This document shows, piece after piece, positions 51,940-60,219 of a DNA stretch of 64,000 nucleotides. Each line of letters starts with the position of its first letter. The stretch's first letter is position 1. The position numbers and the translations under genes are program-made. This DNA is from an uncultured Saprospiraceae bacterium (GTDB lineage Bacteria > Bacteroidota > Bacteroidia > Chitinophagales > Saprospiraceae), in NCBI GenBank assembly GCA_964449535.1, contig CAYUZA010000002.1:45549-109548 (forward strand), in the 5' to 3' direction. The notes under the pieces are model-generated. The model searched no databases. It worked only from the letters and a program-made list of their open reading frames with translations, and had not been told where the DNA came from.

Positions 51940-54900
51940 TTATCGAAGCAACTGGACATCACCACTAAGTGTTAATTGTTCCCCATCACTGGTCAATAGT
52001 TTGGCAACATAAACGAACACAGCCGGATCCATACGCTGTCCTTTAAAAGAGCCATCCCAACCATATCTCGGGTCATTGGGAGGGAGATCCTGCCCGTTGT
52101 AGAGCAAATTTCCCCAGCGATCAAAGACTTGCAGGGAAAGAATGCTGGATAGGCGGTTGGATCCAAATACAGTAAATCGATCGTTGATGCCGTCATCGTC
52201 TGGCGTAAACGCATCTGGAATGAAAATGTTGGTATTGCGGATAACTCGGAGTAAGACCGTCGCACTGTCAATACAGCCGTAAGGCGAAACTGCCTCTAGT
52301 CGAATTCTTAGGTCGCGCTCAGGGAAAATTGTTTGAGTTGGACAGCTTGGGCAAGAAAACAGTGAATCTGGTTGCCAGCGGAACGAAAACACCTCACCGA
52401 CAATGTTGGGAACCAACGAAACAGACTCACCTTCACGGATGAGTAGGTTTGACCCTAGATCTATGCTAAGAGGAGTTGGTTCGGGTCGATTCAAACGAAT
52501 GATAAGACTGTCACAACCAAATTGATTAACTAGTCGGGTTGAATCCGAGAAGGGTTGGGAAAGCAGGCAAATTATGGTATCTATCCTCAGCGTGTCAGAA
52601 GGCAAAAGTGTCGTTTGGATGCTAACTATAGAGTCGCATCCAAGGGCATTGGTGAACCGAAATAGCTTTATGCCCGCCGCTTGAGGATCGCAAGAAGAAT
52701 TAGACAGGAAAACAGTATCAATGGAAAGCAGTTGTACTTGCCTAATAATGGTGCTATCACATCCGAATGCGTTGGTCAGGGTTTCAGTGAATGTGCCAGC
52801 GAGATCGGGTCTGCAGGTCGTTTCATTGATGAAAATAGTTGGTGTAGCGCGGAGGGTTGTATTTATTAAAAGTGTGCTGTCACAACCAAATTGATTTGTG
52901 AGGGTCACAGAGGAAAAACCTGCCTGAGCAGGATCACAAGTATTGCGTTCGAGATTAGTGGTATCTATGGAAAAATAATTATAACTGATATACACAAAAC
53001 TATCGCATTCCTGGCCAGTGAAACGAAGTGTATCGATATAATTGATTCCGTCACCGCATATCCGAACTTCTTGTTCTGAAAAAGTAAAATCAGACAATAT
53101 TCTGGTAGTTATAACCAAGCTGTCGCATCCAAAACGGTTAGTGTATCGAGCAGTTTCTACACCTGCAAGTAGAGGGTCGCAAGTATTAAGCTGAATTCGT
53201 GTAGTGTCTGGTGGTGTGTATTCTTTTATGGTTATAATAAGGCTATCGCAACCAAACTGGTTTAATAGAAATGTGGTGTCCTGCCCTGCCTCTGATGGAT
53301 TACATACTCGTCGTTGAAAATTTGTGGTATCAGAAGGCAGTGGAATTCGTTGTATGACGACAATGGAGTCGCAGTACAGGCCTTGAAGGGTAAAGATGTC
53401 TGTTTGGGGCGCATCGATGTCACAACGCCTATCGAAAAGAAAGGTAGTATCTGAAAGGCCTAGAAGGAAATTGCGAAAAACAAGGCTGTCGCAACCGCTA
53501 CTGCTGTTGAGACGCAAGGTATCCTTGCCGACTTCGGCAACAGAGCAAACGTAAAGTGTCTGAAAGGTACTGTCGGCTGCTTGAAAGCGTTTTTCCGTAA
53601 CCACGACAGAGTCACAGCCATTCACCACTACCACCAATGTATCAAATCCAACTTGCAGTGGATCGCAGGTAGATAATATGGAAAAAGTAGTATCAATTTG
53701 GGGCAACACTACAAATGTAGCCTCAGCGCTACTAATGTTTCCGCAATTATCACCGACTTCAAACCGTACGATGTACTGACTAAGGGTTGTATCTCCGGAA
53801 AAATTGTTGCTCCACTTAACCGAATCACAAAGATCAGTGGCGATAGCCCCACCATTATTGGCCACCCATGCCAGGAGTTGCTGTCCTGGATTGGTTGCGC
53901 AGGCGATCTGGACAGACTCCGGAAGCCGGGTCAGCACCGGTGCTATGGTATCTACTACTATAAAATAAGCAGTAGCAGTAGCGGTGTTTCCACAAGCATC
54001 TTCAACCTGGAAAGTCACCAGTGTTTCACCGCAGGCGCTTGTTGGGTCTTCATCATATTGAAAAGACCAGCTAATGGTACCACATGGCACATTCGCCTCT
54101 GCTCCGCCATTGTTTTGCAGCCAATCGGTAAATGCTGCAGATACATTTTGTCCGCAGGAAACAGATATGGTTTGAGGTTGAGGAGCTATGATGGGCACCT
54201 GTACGCTTCGAAGGAAAATGTACTGCTCTATCTGGGTGATATTGCTGCATTCATCCTGTACAAACCATTGGCGGATAATATCTTGGGTACATCCTTCCCC
54301 CAATATGATTTCGTTGAAGGAAATGAGTGGCACAGGAGTGCAATTATCGCTGGTTTGAAGTATAGCAATGTCTGGAATGTCATCGGGGCAATTTACTGTT
54401 ACGGGTGAAGTCGGCGGATTTAGGACCACTGGAGGCGTGTTATCGGTTACGGTAAAAGTGGCTACATGACTGTTGGTGTTTCCGCAAGCATCCGTGAGCA
54501 GAAAAGTAACCGGTATGATAGGGCATGCGGTTCCGGGTTCCTCACTATAGGTAATAGCCCAGGTAAATGCACCGCAGTTATCTTCGGCTGTGCCATTGCC
54601 GTTGTTGTTTATCCACTGTTGGAAAACAGGTGCTGCCGATTCACAGGAGGCTTCGGTATCTACCGGCAGAAAGGTAAATGCCGGGGGTACATTGTCCAAC
54701 AACCGGACCGTCTGAGTGAGGATTGTTTCATCGCCGCAAGGTGCGGTAATGGTCCACGTCCTGGCCACTATTACTTCACAACCACCCCCGCTAGTGCTTT
54801 CCTCAAAAGTAATATCAAGGCTTCCGCAATTGAGGGTAGCAATTATTTCGGGCGCAGGAGGAGCCTCAGCGGCACAGATGAGGATAATTTCCTCTTGGGG

Positions 54901-55821
54901 CGGATTCAAAATGACTGGCTCTTCAAGGTTTTCCTCACAAGTGCAAGAGCAGTCCTGATATACGATTACTTTGCAGATGTCATCAATACACCCACATTCG
55001 TCCACTACGGAAAAGCAGACCGTATAAGTGCCTTCCTGATCGTAGGTATGCACAACAGAGGTGCCTTGATCCAGAAAGGTAGTACCATCGCCCATGTCCC
55101 AGCAAAACACCTGCAGATCGGCATTTAATCCGGCATTGTTTAGAAGTGCTTCCAGGTTGAAGCTGCCGCCACCCAGGTTTTCACATTGAATATCCTCCAG
55201 GTAATCCTGTTCGCAAGCCTCCAAAAACACATTGTCGATGCCGATATCAACAGATCCTCTGAGCACCATCAACAATTGGGTGTTGAGGGCATTGGGGGGA
55301 ATGGTAATGGACAGAATGGTTTGATTCCATGGGCCGTTTACGGGAACAGCGGAGAGGAGTTCCCATGATGGATTTATTGTCAGAGGCGGAAATCCACCGT
55401 TTCCCGGATTTAGATTCACTAATCCATTGGCAAGGTAAACATCTAAAAATCCACCCGACCCGGAAATTCGCTTGGTATAAAATCGAAGCTCATAAACACC
55501 CTCACATAGACTCAAATTGGTAAAAATGGCTTCATTATTAGCTCCCAGGCAAGCGTAATTGTCGCCTTCAAAAGGGCCGTTGTTACAAACAGAAGGAGTT
55601 CCCCAAGCGCTAAACCAGCCACTCATACAGTTTTGATTAAAAGCGGCATCAACGAATGGGGGCGAATTCCAGGAAGATGGACACGGAGGCGATACATCTT
55701 CAAATCCAGCGTTGACGATCTGATTGGAGAGTTCTACACTAGGGCATTGGGCGACAGCTGTCTTCGAAAAAAGACCCCCGATAAGACTGAGAGTCAATAT
55801 TGTTTTCGCATAATAGCCCAT
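51940..55821 (-). CDS. 1293-aa surface adhesin with HYR/Ig-like modules, ten ~45-aa Cys repeats and a T9SS type-B (CHU_C) sorting domain
   Basis: Signal peptide. Modules end ...D.CGN....A.F.V.D...P. There are 10 repeats of C.P..AG......N.FGCDS. C-terminus is IFIPDAFTPDDDGINDRFTVFG...VFDRWGNLLYNG...GWDGSFKGQ. Confidence 0.85.
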   Translation of the reverse strand: MGYYAKTILTLSLIGGLFSKTAVAQCPSVELSNQIVNAGFEDVSPPCPSSWNSPPFVDAAFNQNCMSGWFSAWGTPSVCNNGPFEGDNYACLGANNEAIFTNLSLCEGVYELRFYTKRISGSGGFLDVYLANGLVNLNPGNGGFPPLTINPSWELLSAVPVNGPWNQTILSITIPPNALNTQLLMVLRGSVDIGIDNVFLEACEQDYLEDIQCENLGGGSFNLEALLNNAGLNADLQVFCWDMGDGTTFLDQGTSVVHTYDQEGTYTVCFSVVDECGCIDDICKVIVYQDCSCTCEENLEEPVILNPPQEEIILICAAEAPPAPEIIATLNCGSLDITFEESTSGGGCEVIVARTWTITAPCGDETILTQTVRLLDNVPPAFTFLPVDTEASCESAAPVFQQWINNNGNGTAEDNCGAFTWAITYSEEPGTACPIIPVTFLLTDACGNTNSHVATFTVTDNTPPVVLNPPTSPVTVNCPDDIPDIAILQTSDNCTPVPLISFNEIILGEGCTQDIIRQWFVQDECSNITQIEQYIFLRSVQVPIIAPQPQTISVSCGQNVSAAFTDWLQNNGGAEANVPCGTISWSFQYDEDPTSACGETLVTFQVEDACGNTATATAYFIVVDTIAPVLTRLPESVQIACATNPGQQLLAWVANNGGAIATDLCDSVKWSNNFSGDTTLSQYIVRFEVGDNCGNISSAEATFVVLPQIDTTFSILSTCDPLQVGFDTLVVVVNGCDSVVVTEKRFQAADSTFQTLYVCSVAEVGKDTLRLNSSSGCDSLVFRNFLLGLSDTTFLFDRRCDIDAPQTDIFTLQGLYCDSIVVIQRIPLPSDTTNFQRRVCNPSEAGQDTTFLLNQFGCDSLIITIKEYTPPDTTRIQLNTCDPLLAGVETARYTNRFGCDSLVITTRILSDFTFSEQEVRICGDGINYIDTLRFTGQECDSFVYISYNYFSIDTTNLERNTCDPAQAGFSSVTLTNQFGCDSTLLINTTLRATPTIFINETTCRPDLAGTFTETLTNAFGCDSTIIRQVQLLSIDTVFLSNSSCDPQAAGIKLFRFTNALGCDSIVSIQTTLLPSDTLRIDTIICLLSQPFSDSTRLVNQFGCDSLIIRLNRPEPTPLSIDLGSNLLIREGESVSLVPNIVGEVFSFRWQPDSLFSCPSCPTQTIFPERDLRIRLEAVSPYGCIDSATVLLRVIRNTNIFIPDAFTPDDDGINDRFTVFGSNRLSSILSLQVFDRWGNLLYNGQDLPPNDPRYGWDGSFKGQRMDPAVFVYVAKLLTSDGEQLTLSGDVQLLR

Positions 55822-56519
55822 AAATCAATTGCTTACAACAATATACAGCAACATAATGAAAAAGTTTAGTTTGACAACTGTTTTATGCTGTAAGTAGCAG
55901 TTTCTTAACATTAACCTAATGGATCAAAAATAAGTGTTTTAATAACTTAGGCGCGTGCACAGTTAAAATGAGTTTTTAAAAAACCATTTACAAACTTTGC
56001 GATTAATGCAATTTTTTGAACATAAACTCAATATCCCCAAAACGGGAACGAACGCTTGCTATTATGTTTTAACAGGCTGATATTCAACATTTTGGAGGAT
56101 ATTTTTTAAAATAATAAAAAATCAAAATATAGCCCTACTTGACTAAGTTCTCTTGTCGATGAAAGTACCATTACTTTTCTTCGTTTGCTAGAAAAAGAAA
56201 TAGCTCCTTTGACGGCTGCCGATCAATTGCTGTTATTTCAAAAAATGATCAATGAGCCAAGTTCTTTCATTTTTTCACCCTTTCCTGTAGTAGTTGTCAA
56301 TGCACTTTTTTCTTAAGCATAATATGTGGGCCTGGATGGATACGAAGCGTCAAGAAGTTTTTATACATTTGGGATGTAATTTTCGAATTATGCCAAGAAA
56401 GTATAAATTTATAGTTACTAGTGCGGACTATGGTTGTGTTTGTGCAGAATCTCTTATTCATACTAAACTATAATTTAATGGCTAAAGGCGATAACTTGTA
56501 AAACTTTAAATTGTCAAAT

Positions 56520-57794
56520 ATGAATATTTTGCGTTACGCGAACTTCTCTCTTATTATTGTGCTTTTGGTGGTTTTATTCGACTCTTGCACCTCAAATACA
56601 AAAGAAGTGCCACCAGACCCCCCACAAATCGTAAAGTACGACTCCATAGGGTACTACAGTAAAGAGAGAGTGCAAGCAGTTATTGATAGTGTGCTTGATG
56701 TGTTTATGAATAATAGGACAATGAAGGCAGATGCATTTCGGTCAAGGCTCACACCTGCAAAACATGGGGTTAACTTATTTAAGGTAACTTACAACTCAAA
56801 GATTCCTGAAAAGAATAATCAAGTCGCTACAACTTATGGGTTGATAGCAATTCCAGATAGTATTTTGCCAGGCGCCCCCATTGTGAGTTACCAGCACGGT
56901 ACAATTTTTGATAGGGCCTCGAGTCCTTCAAACCCTGATGGATCCATAGAATTGCAGTTTCAGCTTTCCCAATTTGCCTCACAAGGCTACATTGTAATTG
57001 CTGCCGATTACTTTGGTAATACGGAAGGGACTAAAGAGCCGAATAGCTATGGAATCTTAGGCTCTGCTGCTCAAACCTGTTTAGACTTACTTACTGCGTC
57101 GAAGGAGCTTCTTAGGCAACGCAACATTTCTCCAGGTAAACTCTTCTTGAATGGGTGGTCTCAAGGTGGTGCTACTACGAACGCATTCCTGCAGCTTTTG
57201 GAAAAAGAAAAAGTCCCCGTTGCGGCCGCAATTACAGCCTCAGGACCTGCAGATCAGGTGATTTTCCTTCAAAAGCCTATAAATGAACCTAATCCTTTCG
57301 TAGCGCCGTACTTCCCTGCGGTAATTGGTAACCTCTTGTGTTCTTTTGAGGCTTACGTGGGAATAAATGGACTCGCTGAACAAATGATCAGGCCTGAATA
57401 TCTGGAGATCACTCGAAAGTTATATAACTTTGAAATTTCATTCGATGAATACTATCAGAAAGTTTTAATAGACGAGAATAAGAATTGGCGGACAATATCG
57501 GATGTGTTTACGCAGCAATTTATCGATGAAAGTAAATCAGCTTCATCCCCTTTTTGGAAAGCGATAGATGCTACTAACGGTTATCGTTGGCAGATGAACA
57601 CCCCCTACAGATGTTTTTACAGCTATCGTGATGAAGCCGTGGTTGCAGAAGCTGCCAAGATAATAGTGGACTATCAAAAGAAATTAGGCAACACGACGAT
57701 TGAGGGATTTGACGCAGGACCTGAAGCTGATCATGGATGTGTGTATCTGGAAGCTATTATCAACGCGAAACCTTGGTTTGACAGCATGCGCTAA
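56520..57794 (+). CDS. Lipoprotein, alpha/beta hydrolase (lipase-like)
   Basis: Lipobox LFDSCTS, nucleophile elbow NGWSQGG, C-terminal ADHGCVY (catalytic His candidate). Family is tentative. Confidence 0.55.
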   Translation: MNILRYANFSLIIVLLVVLFDSCTSNTKEVPPDPPQIVKYDSIGYYSKERVQAVIDSVLDVFMNNRTMKADAFRSRLTPAKHGVNLFKVTYNSKIPEKNNQVATTYGLIAIPDSILPGAPIVSYQHGTIFDRASSPSNPDGSIELQFQLSQFASQGYIVIAADYFGNTEGTKEPNSYGILGSAAQTCLDLLTASKELLRQRNISPGKLFLNGWSQGGATTNAFLQLLEKEKVPVAAAITASGPADQVIFLQKPINEPNPFVAPYFPAVIGNLLCSFEAYVGINGLAEQMIRPEYLEITRKLYNFEISFDEYYQKVLIDENKNWRTISDVFTQQFIDESKSASSPFWKAIDATNGYRWQMNTPYRCFYSYRDEAVVAEAAKIIVDYQKKLGNTTIEGFDAGPEADHGCVYLEAIINAKPWFDSMR

Positions 57795-57860
57795 TTGCTT
57801 TCAATACAACTTTGCCATTGGGTGTACCACAAGACCAATAATTGTATTGACAATAAAAAA

Positions 57861-57886
57861 GGGCTGCATTTCTGCAACCCTTTTTT
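57861..57886. terminator. Bidirectional intrinsic terminator shared by the lipase-like gene and the tRNA
   Basis: AAAAAA GGGCTGCA TTTC TGCAACCC TTTTTT: an 8-bp stem with one mismatch, an A-tract on the left and a T-tract on the right. Confidence 0.7.
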
Positions 57887-57894
57887 GTTTTTAG

Positions 57895-57971
57895 TGGTGG
57901 GCCCACTAGGACTTGAACCTAGGACCACCTGATTATGAGTCAGGTGCTCTAACCGGCTGAGCTATAGGCCC
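57895..57971 (-). tRNA. tRNA with CAT anticodon (elongator Met, or Ile2 if lysidine-modified), CCA encoded
   Basis: The reverse complement GGGCCTATAGCTCAGCCGGTTAGAGCACCTGACTCATAATCAGGTGGTCCTAGGTTCAAGTCCTAGTGGGCCCACCA folds into a full cloverleaf (7/4/5/5-bp stems, loop CTCATAA). G1-C72 pairing argues against an initiator. Confidence 0.88.
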
Positions 57972-58038
57972 GGATTTTGGAGGTTAATTTCCTAAATCGG
58001 CTGCAAAGTTACATATTTGTTCTCCTTTTGCAAAACAG

Positions 58039-58662
58039 ATGTTTCAAAAAACAAAAAACATAATTTTTGACCTAGGCAATGTCCTGATAGATCTGCATCC
58101 GGAAACCTCCGCTAGTTGTATGGAAAGCCTATTGGGTATTCCATATGACATGTATCATGTCAAAGGGCCAACTTGCTTTGCTGAATTTGAGGCAGGTAAA
58201 ATCAGTGTGGCCCAGTTTCAAGAAGCATTATCCGCGATATCTGGAAAGCCTATCAGCAGAAAAGCCCTTATGGAATGCTGGAATGCGCTATTGGGCGAAA
58301 TGCCTCTGCACCGGGTAGATTTGCTTGTTTATCTGCAGAAAAAATACAGATTGTTTTTACTGAGTAATACCAATGCCATCCATATCGAATATGTGCGCGC
58401 TTATTTTGAGCAACAAAACATTGCATTTTGGGACTTGTTTGAACGGGTTTACTTATCAAATGAAATAGGATTACGCAAGCCAGATCATCGCGTATTTACC
58501 TATGTGCTAGAGACTGCAGGGATACGTGCCGATGAATCACTTTTTATTGACGATGGACCGATGCATGTTTATGCAGCTGAGCAGGTAGGAATTCCATCGG
58601 TATGCCATGACCCTCGGGAGGATGTGGGCGTGTTGTTGAAACGATTACAGTTAATACCATGA
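58039..58662 (+). CDS. HAD-superfamily hydrolase
   Basis: Motif I IIFDLGNVLID, motif II LLSNTN, motif IV FIDDG. Confidence 0.8.
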   Translation: MFQKTKNIIFDLGNVLIDLHPETSASCMESLLGIPYDMYHVKGPTCFAEFEAGKISVAQFQEALSAISGKPISRKALMECWNALLGEMPLHRVDLLVYLQKKYRLFLLSNTNAIHIEYVRAYFEQQNIAFWDLFERVYLSNEIGLRKPDHRVFTYVLETAGIRADESLFIDDGPMHVYAAEQVGIPSVCHDPREDVGVLLKRLQLIP

Positions 58663-59150
58663 AATTTAAGCCCACCAGTCGACTGTATACCAAAGAGGTA
58701 GCATTGGCCAAAATGAAAGCATACTGTGCGCGCGAGGAGCGTTGCCATCAAGATATAGAACAAAAACTCATTAGCTATCGCGTTTCTGCTGAAGACATAG
58801 AAGAAGTAGTTGCCACCTTAATTAGCGAGGGTTTTCTCAGTGAGTCAAGATATGCGACCGCTTTCGTATTAGGAAAATTGCGTCAAAATCATTGGGGCCG
58901 TCGTAAAATTTCACTGGCATTGAGGCAAAAAGGAGTCTCCTCGTTCTGTATCCAGGAAGGACTGAATGCAATAGAACCTGAGGATTATCAACAGATTTTG
59001 CTTCGTGTTCTGCAGCAGCGCAGGCAATCGGTTCGCGAGGAAAGCCCAAAGACGCTGTTTTTTATGTTACTTCAATACGGTATTTCAAGGGGATTTGAAC
59101 CTGAATTAATTAGAGATTGTCTCCAAGCAATGGAAATAATGGAAGAATAG
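58659..59150 (+). CDS. recX: Recombination regulator RecX
   Basis: 163 aa, three-helix repeat pattern, A..KAYCAREERCHQDIEQKL N-terminal signature. 4-nt overlap with the upstream gene. Confidence 0.75.
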   Translation: MKFKPTSRLYTKEVALAKMKAYCAREERCHQDIEQKLISYRVSAEDIEEVVATLISEGFLSESRYATAFVLGKLRQNHWGRRKISLALRQKGVSSFCIQEGLNAIEPEDYQQILLRVLQQRRQSVREESPKTLFFMLLQYGISRGFEPELIRDCLQAMEIMEE

Positions 59151-59169
59151 CATGTAAACATGTCTAAAA

Positions 59170-60201
59170 TTAAAAATCACCGACCTGCAATTTACCGAGA
59201 CTGGTTTTCAAAGACTGTTCTTCTGATTTTGGATAAACAAGAAGTTTGCCGTTGTCCAGACAAACGATAAAGTCATCCAGCCCGCGAATAATCGCCTCTG
59301 TACCCTCGGGCAAAATCACTATTGACCGTGATGTGTCTTCCAGCCTGGCCCGCCCCCCCAAGCGAGCATTAGAGGATGTATCTTGTTTGCTCATATGGTA
59401 AAGGGAGCTGTAAGTGCCAAGGTCATCCCAACCAAATTCGCAGGCAAGGGTATAAATATGATCGGATTTTTCCATTACTGCATAGTCAATACTTTCGCTT
59501 CGGACTTGAAGAAATGCATCTTCAGTTGATTTATCCAAAAAAGCTGACCAAATATCGGGGGCATATTTTTCAAAGGCAGCGACAATCGCCTGAATGTGCC
59601 AAACAAATATTCCTGAGTTCCAAAGATACTGGCCACTTTTTAAGTAAGCAGTAGCCGTTTCCAAATCGGGTTTTTCTTTAAATTGTCGGACTTTGAGCAA
59701 GCTGCCCTCTATTTCGATATTGAGATATCCGTACCCCGTATGTGCCTCTTTCGGACGGATTCCCAGGGGAAATAGATGCATGGGATGCATCGAGGCCAAG
59801 GAGCAAGCCTTGATTAAGGTGTCTGTAAATAGCTGATCCCCATCAATAATATGATCAGCCGACAACACTACCATCACAAAATCATCTGTATCTGATTTTT
59901 GAAGTGCCTGGGCGGCACAAGCCAAAGCAGCAGCCGTGTTTTTCCGCTCCGTTTCGCACAAAATCTGTTCGTTTTTTACCTCTGGAAGCTGTTCGACTAC
60001 AAGGTGTTTGTACTTGGCATGTGTCAACACGAAAATATTTTCTGTGCTTGTCAGACCTTTTGCCCTATTGAAAGTAGCTTGTAAAAGCGTCTGACCGTTT
60101 TTAAGTACATCTATAAATTGTTTAGGCCTTTCCTCGGTGCTGAGCGGCCAGAAGCGAGTGCCAGCCCCACCGGCCATAATACATATCTTGATTTTGTCCA
60201 T
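59170..60201 (-). CDS. Mannose-1-phosphate guanylyltransferase (nucleotidyltransferase)
   Basis: MAGGAGTRFWPLS N-terminal motif, GYGYL, WNSGIFVW. Confidence 0.85.
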   Translation of the reverse strand: MDKIKICIMAGGAGTRFWPLSTEERPKQFIDVLKNGQTLLQATFNRAKGLTSTENIFVLTHAKYKHLVVEQLPEVKNEQILCETERKNTAAALACAAQALQKSDTDDFVMVVLSADHIIDGDQLFTDTLIKACSLASMHPMHLFPLGIRPKEAHTGYGYLNIEIEGSLLKVRQFKEKPDLETATAYLKSGQYLWNSGIFVWHIQAIVAAFEKYAPDIWSAFLDKSTEDAFLQVRSESIDYAVMEKSDHIYTLACEFGWDDLGTYSSLYHMSKQDTSSNARLGGRARLEDTSRSIVILPEGTEAIIRGLDDFIVCLDNGKLLVYPKSEEQSLKTSLGKLQVGDF

Positions 60202-60219
60202 CTATCTCTATTGTTTCTC

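Noticed and set aside
53698-55128. Long plus-strand ORFs (236 aa and 220 aa) opposite the adhesin gene
   Set aside because: They lie entirely antisense to a strongly supported 1293-aa CDS and have low-complexity, Cys/Gly/Ile-rich translations with no motifs. This is a typical shadow-ORF artefact.
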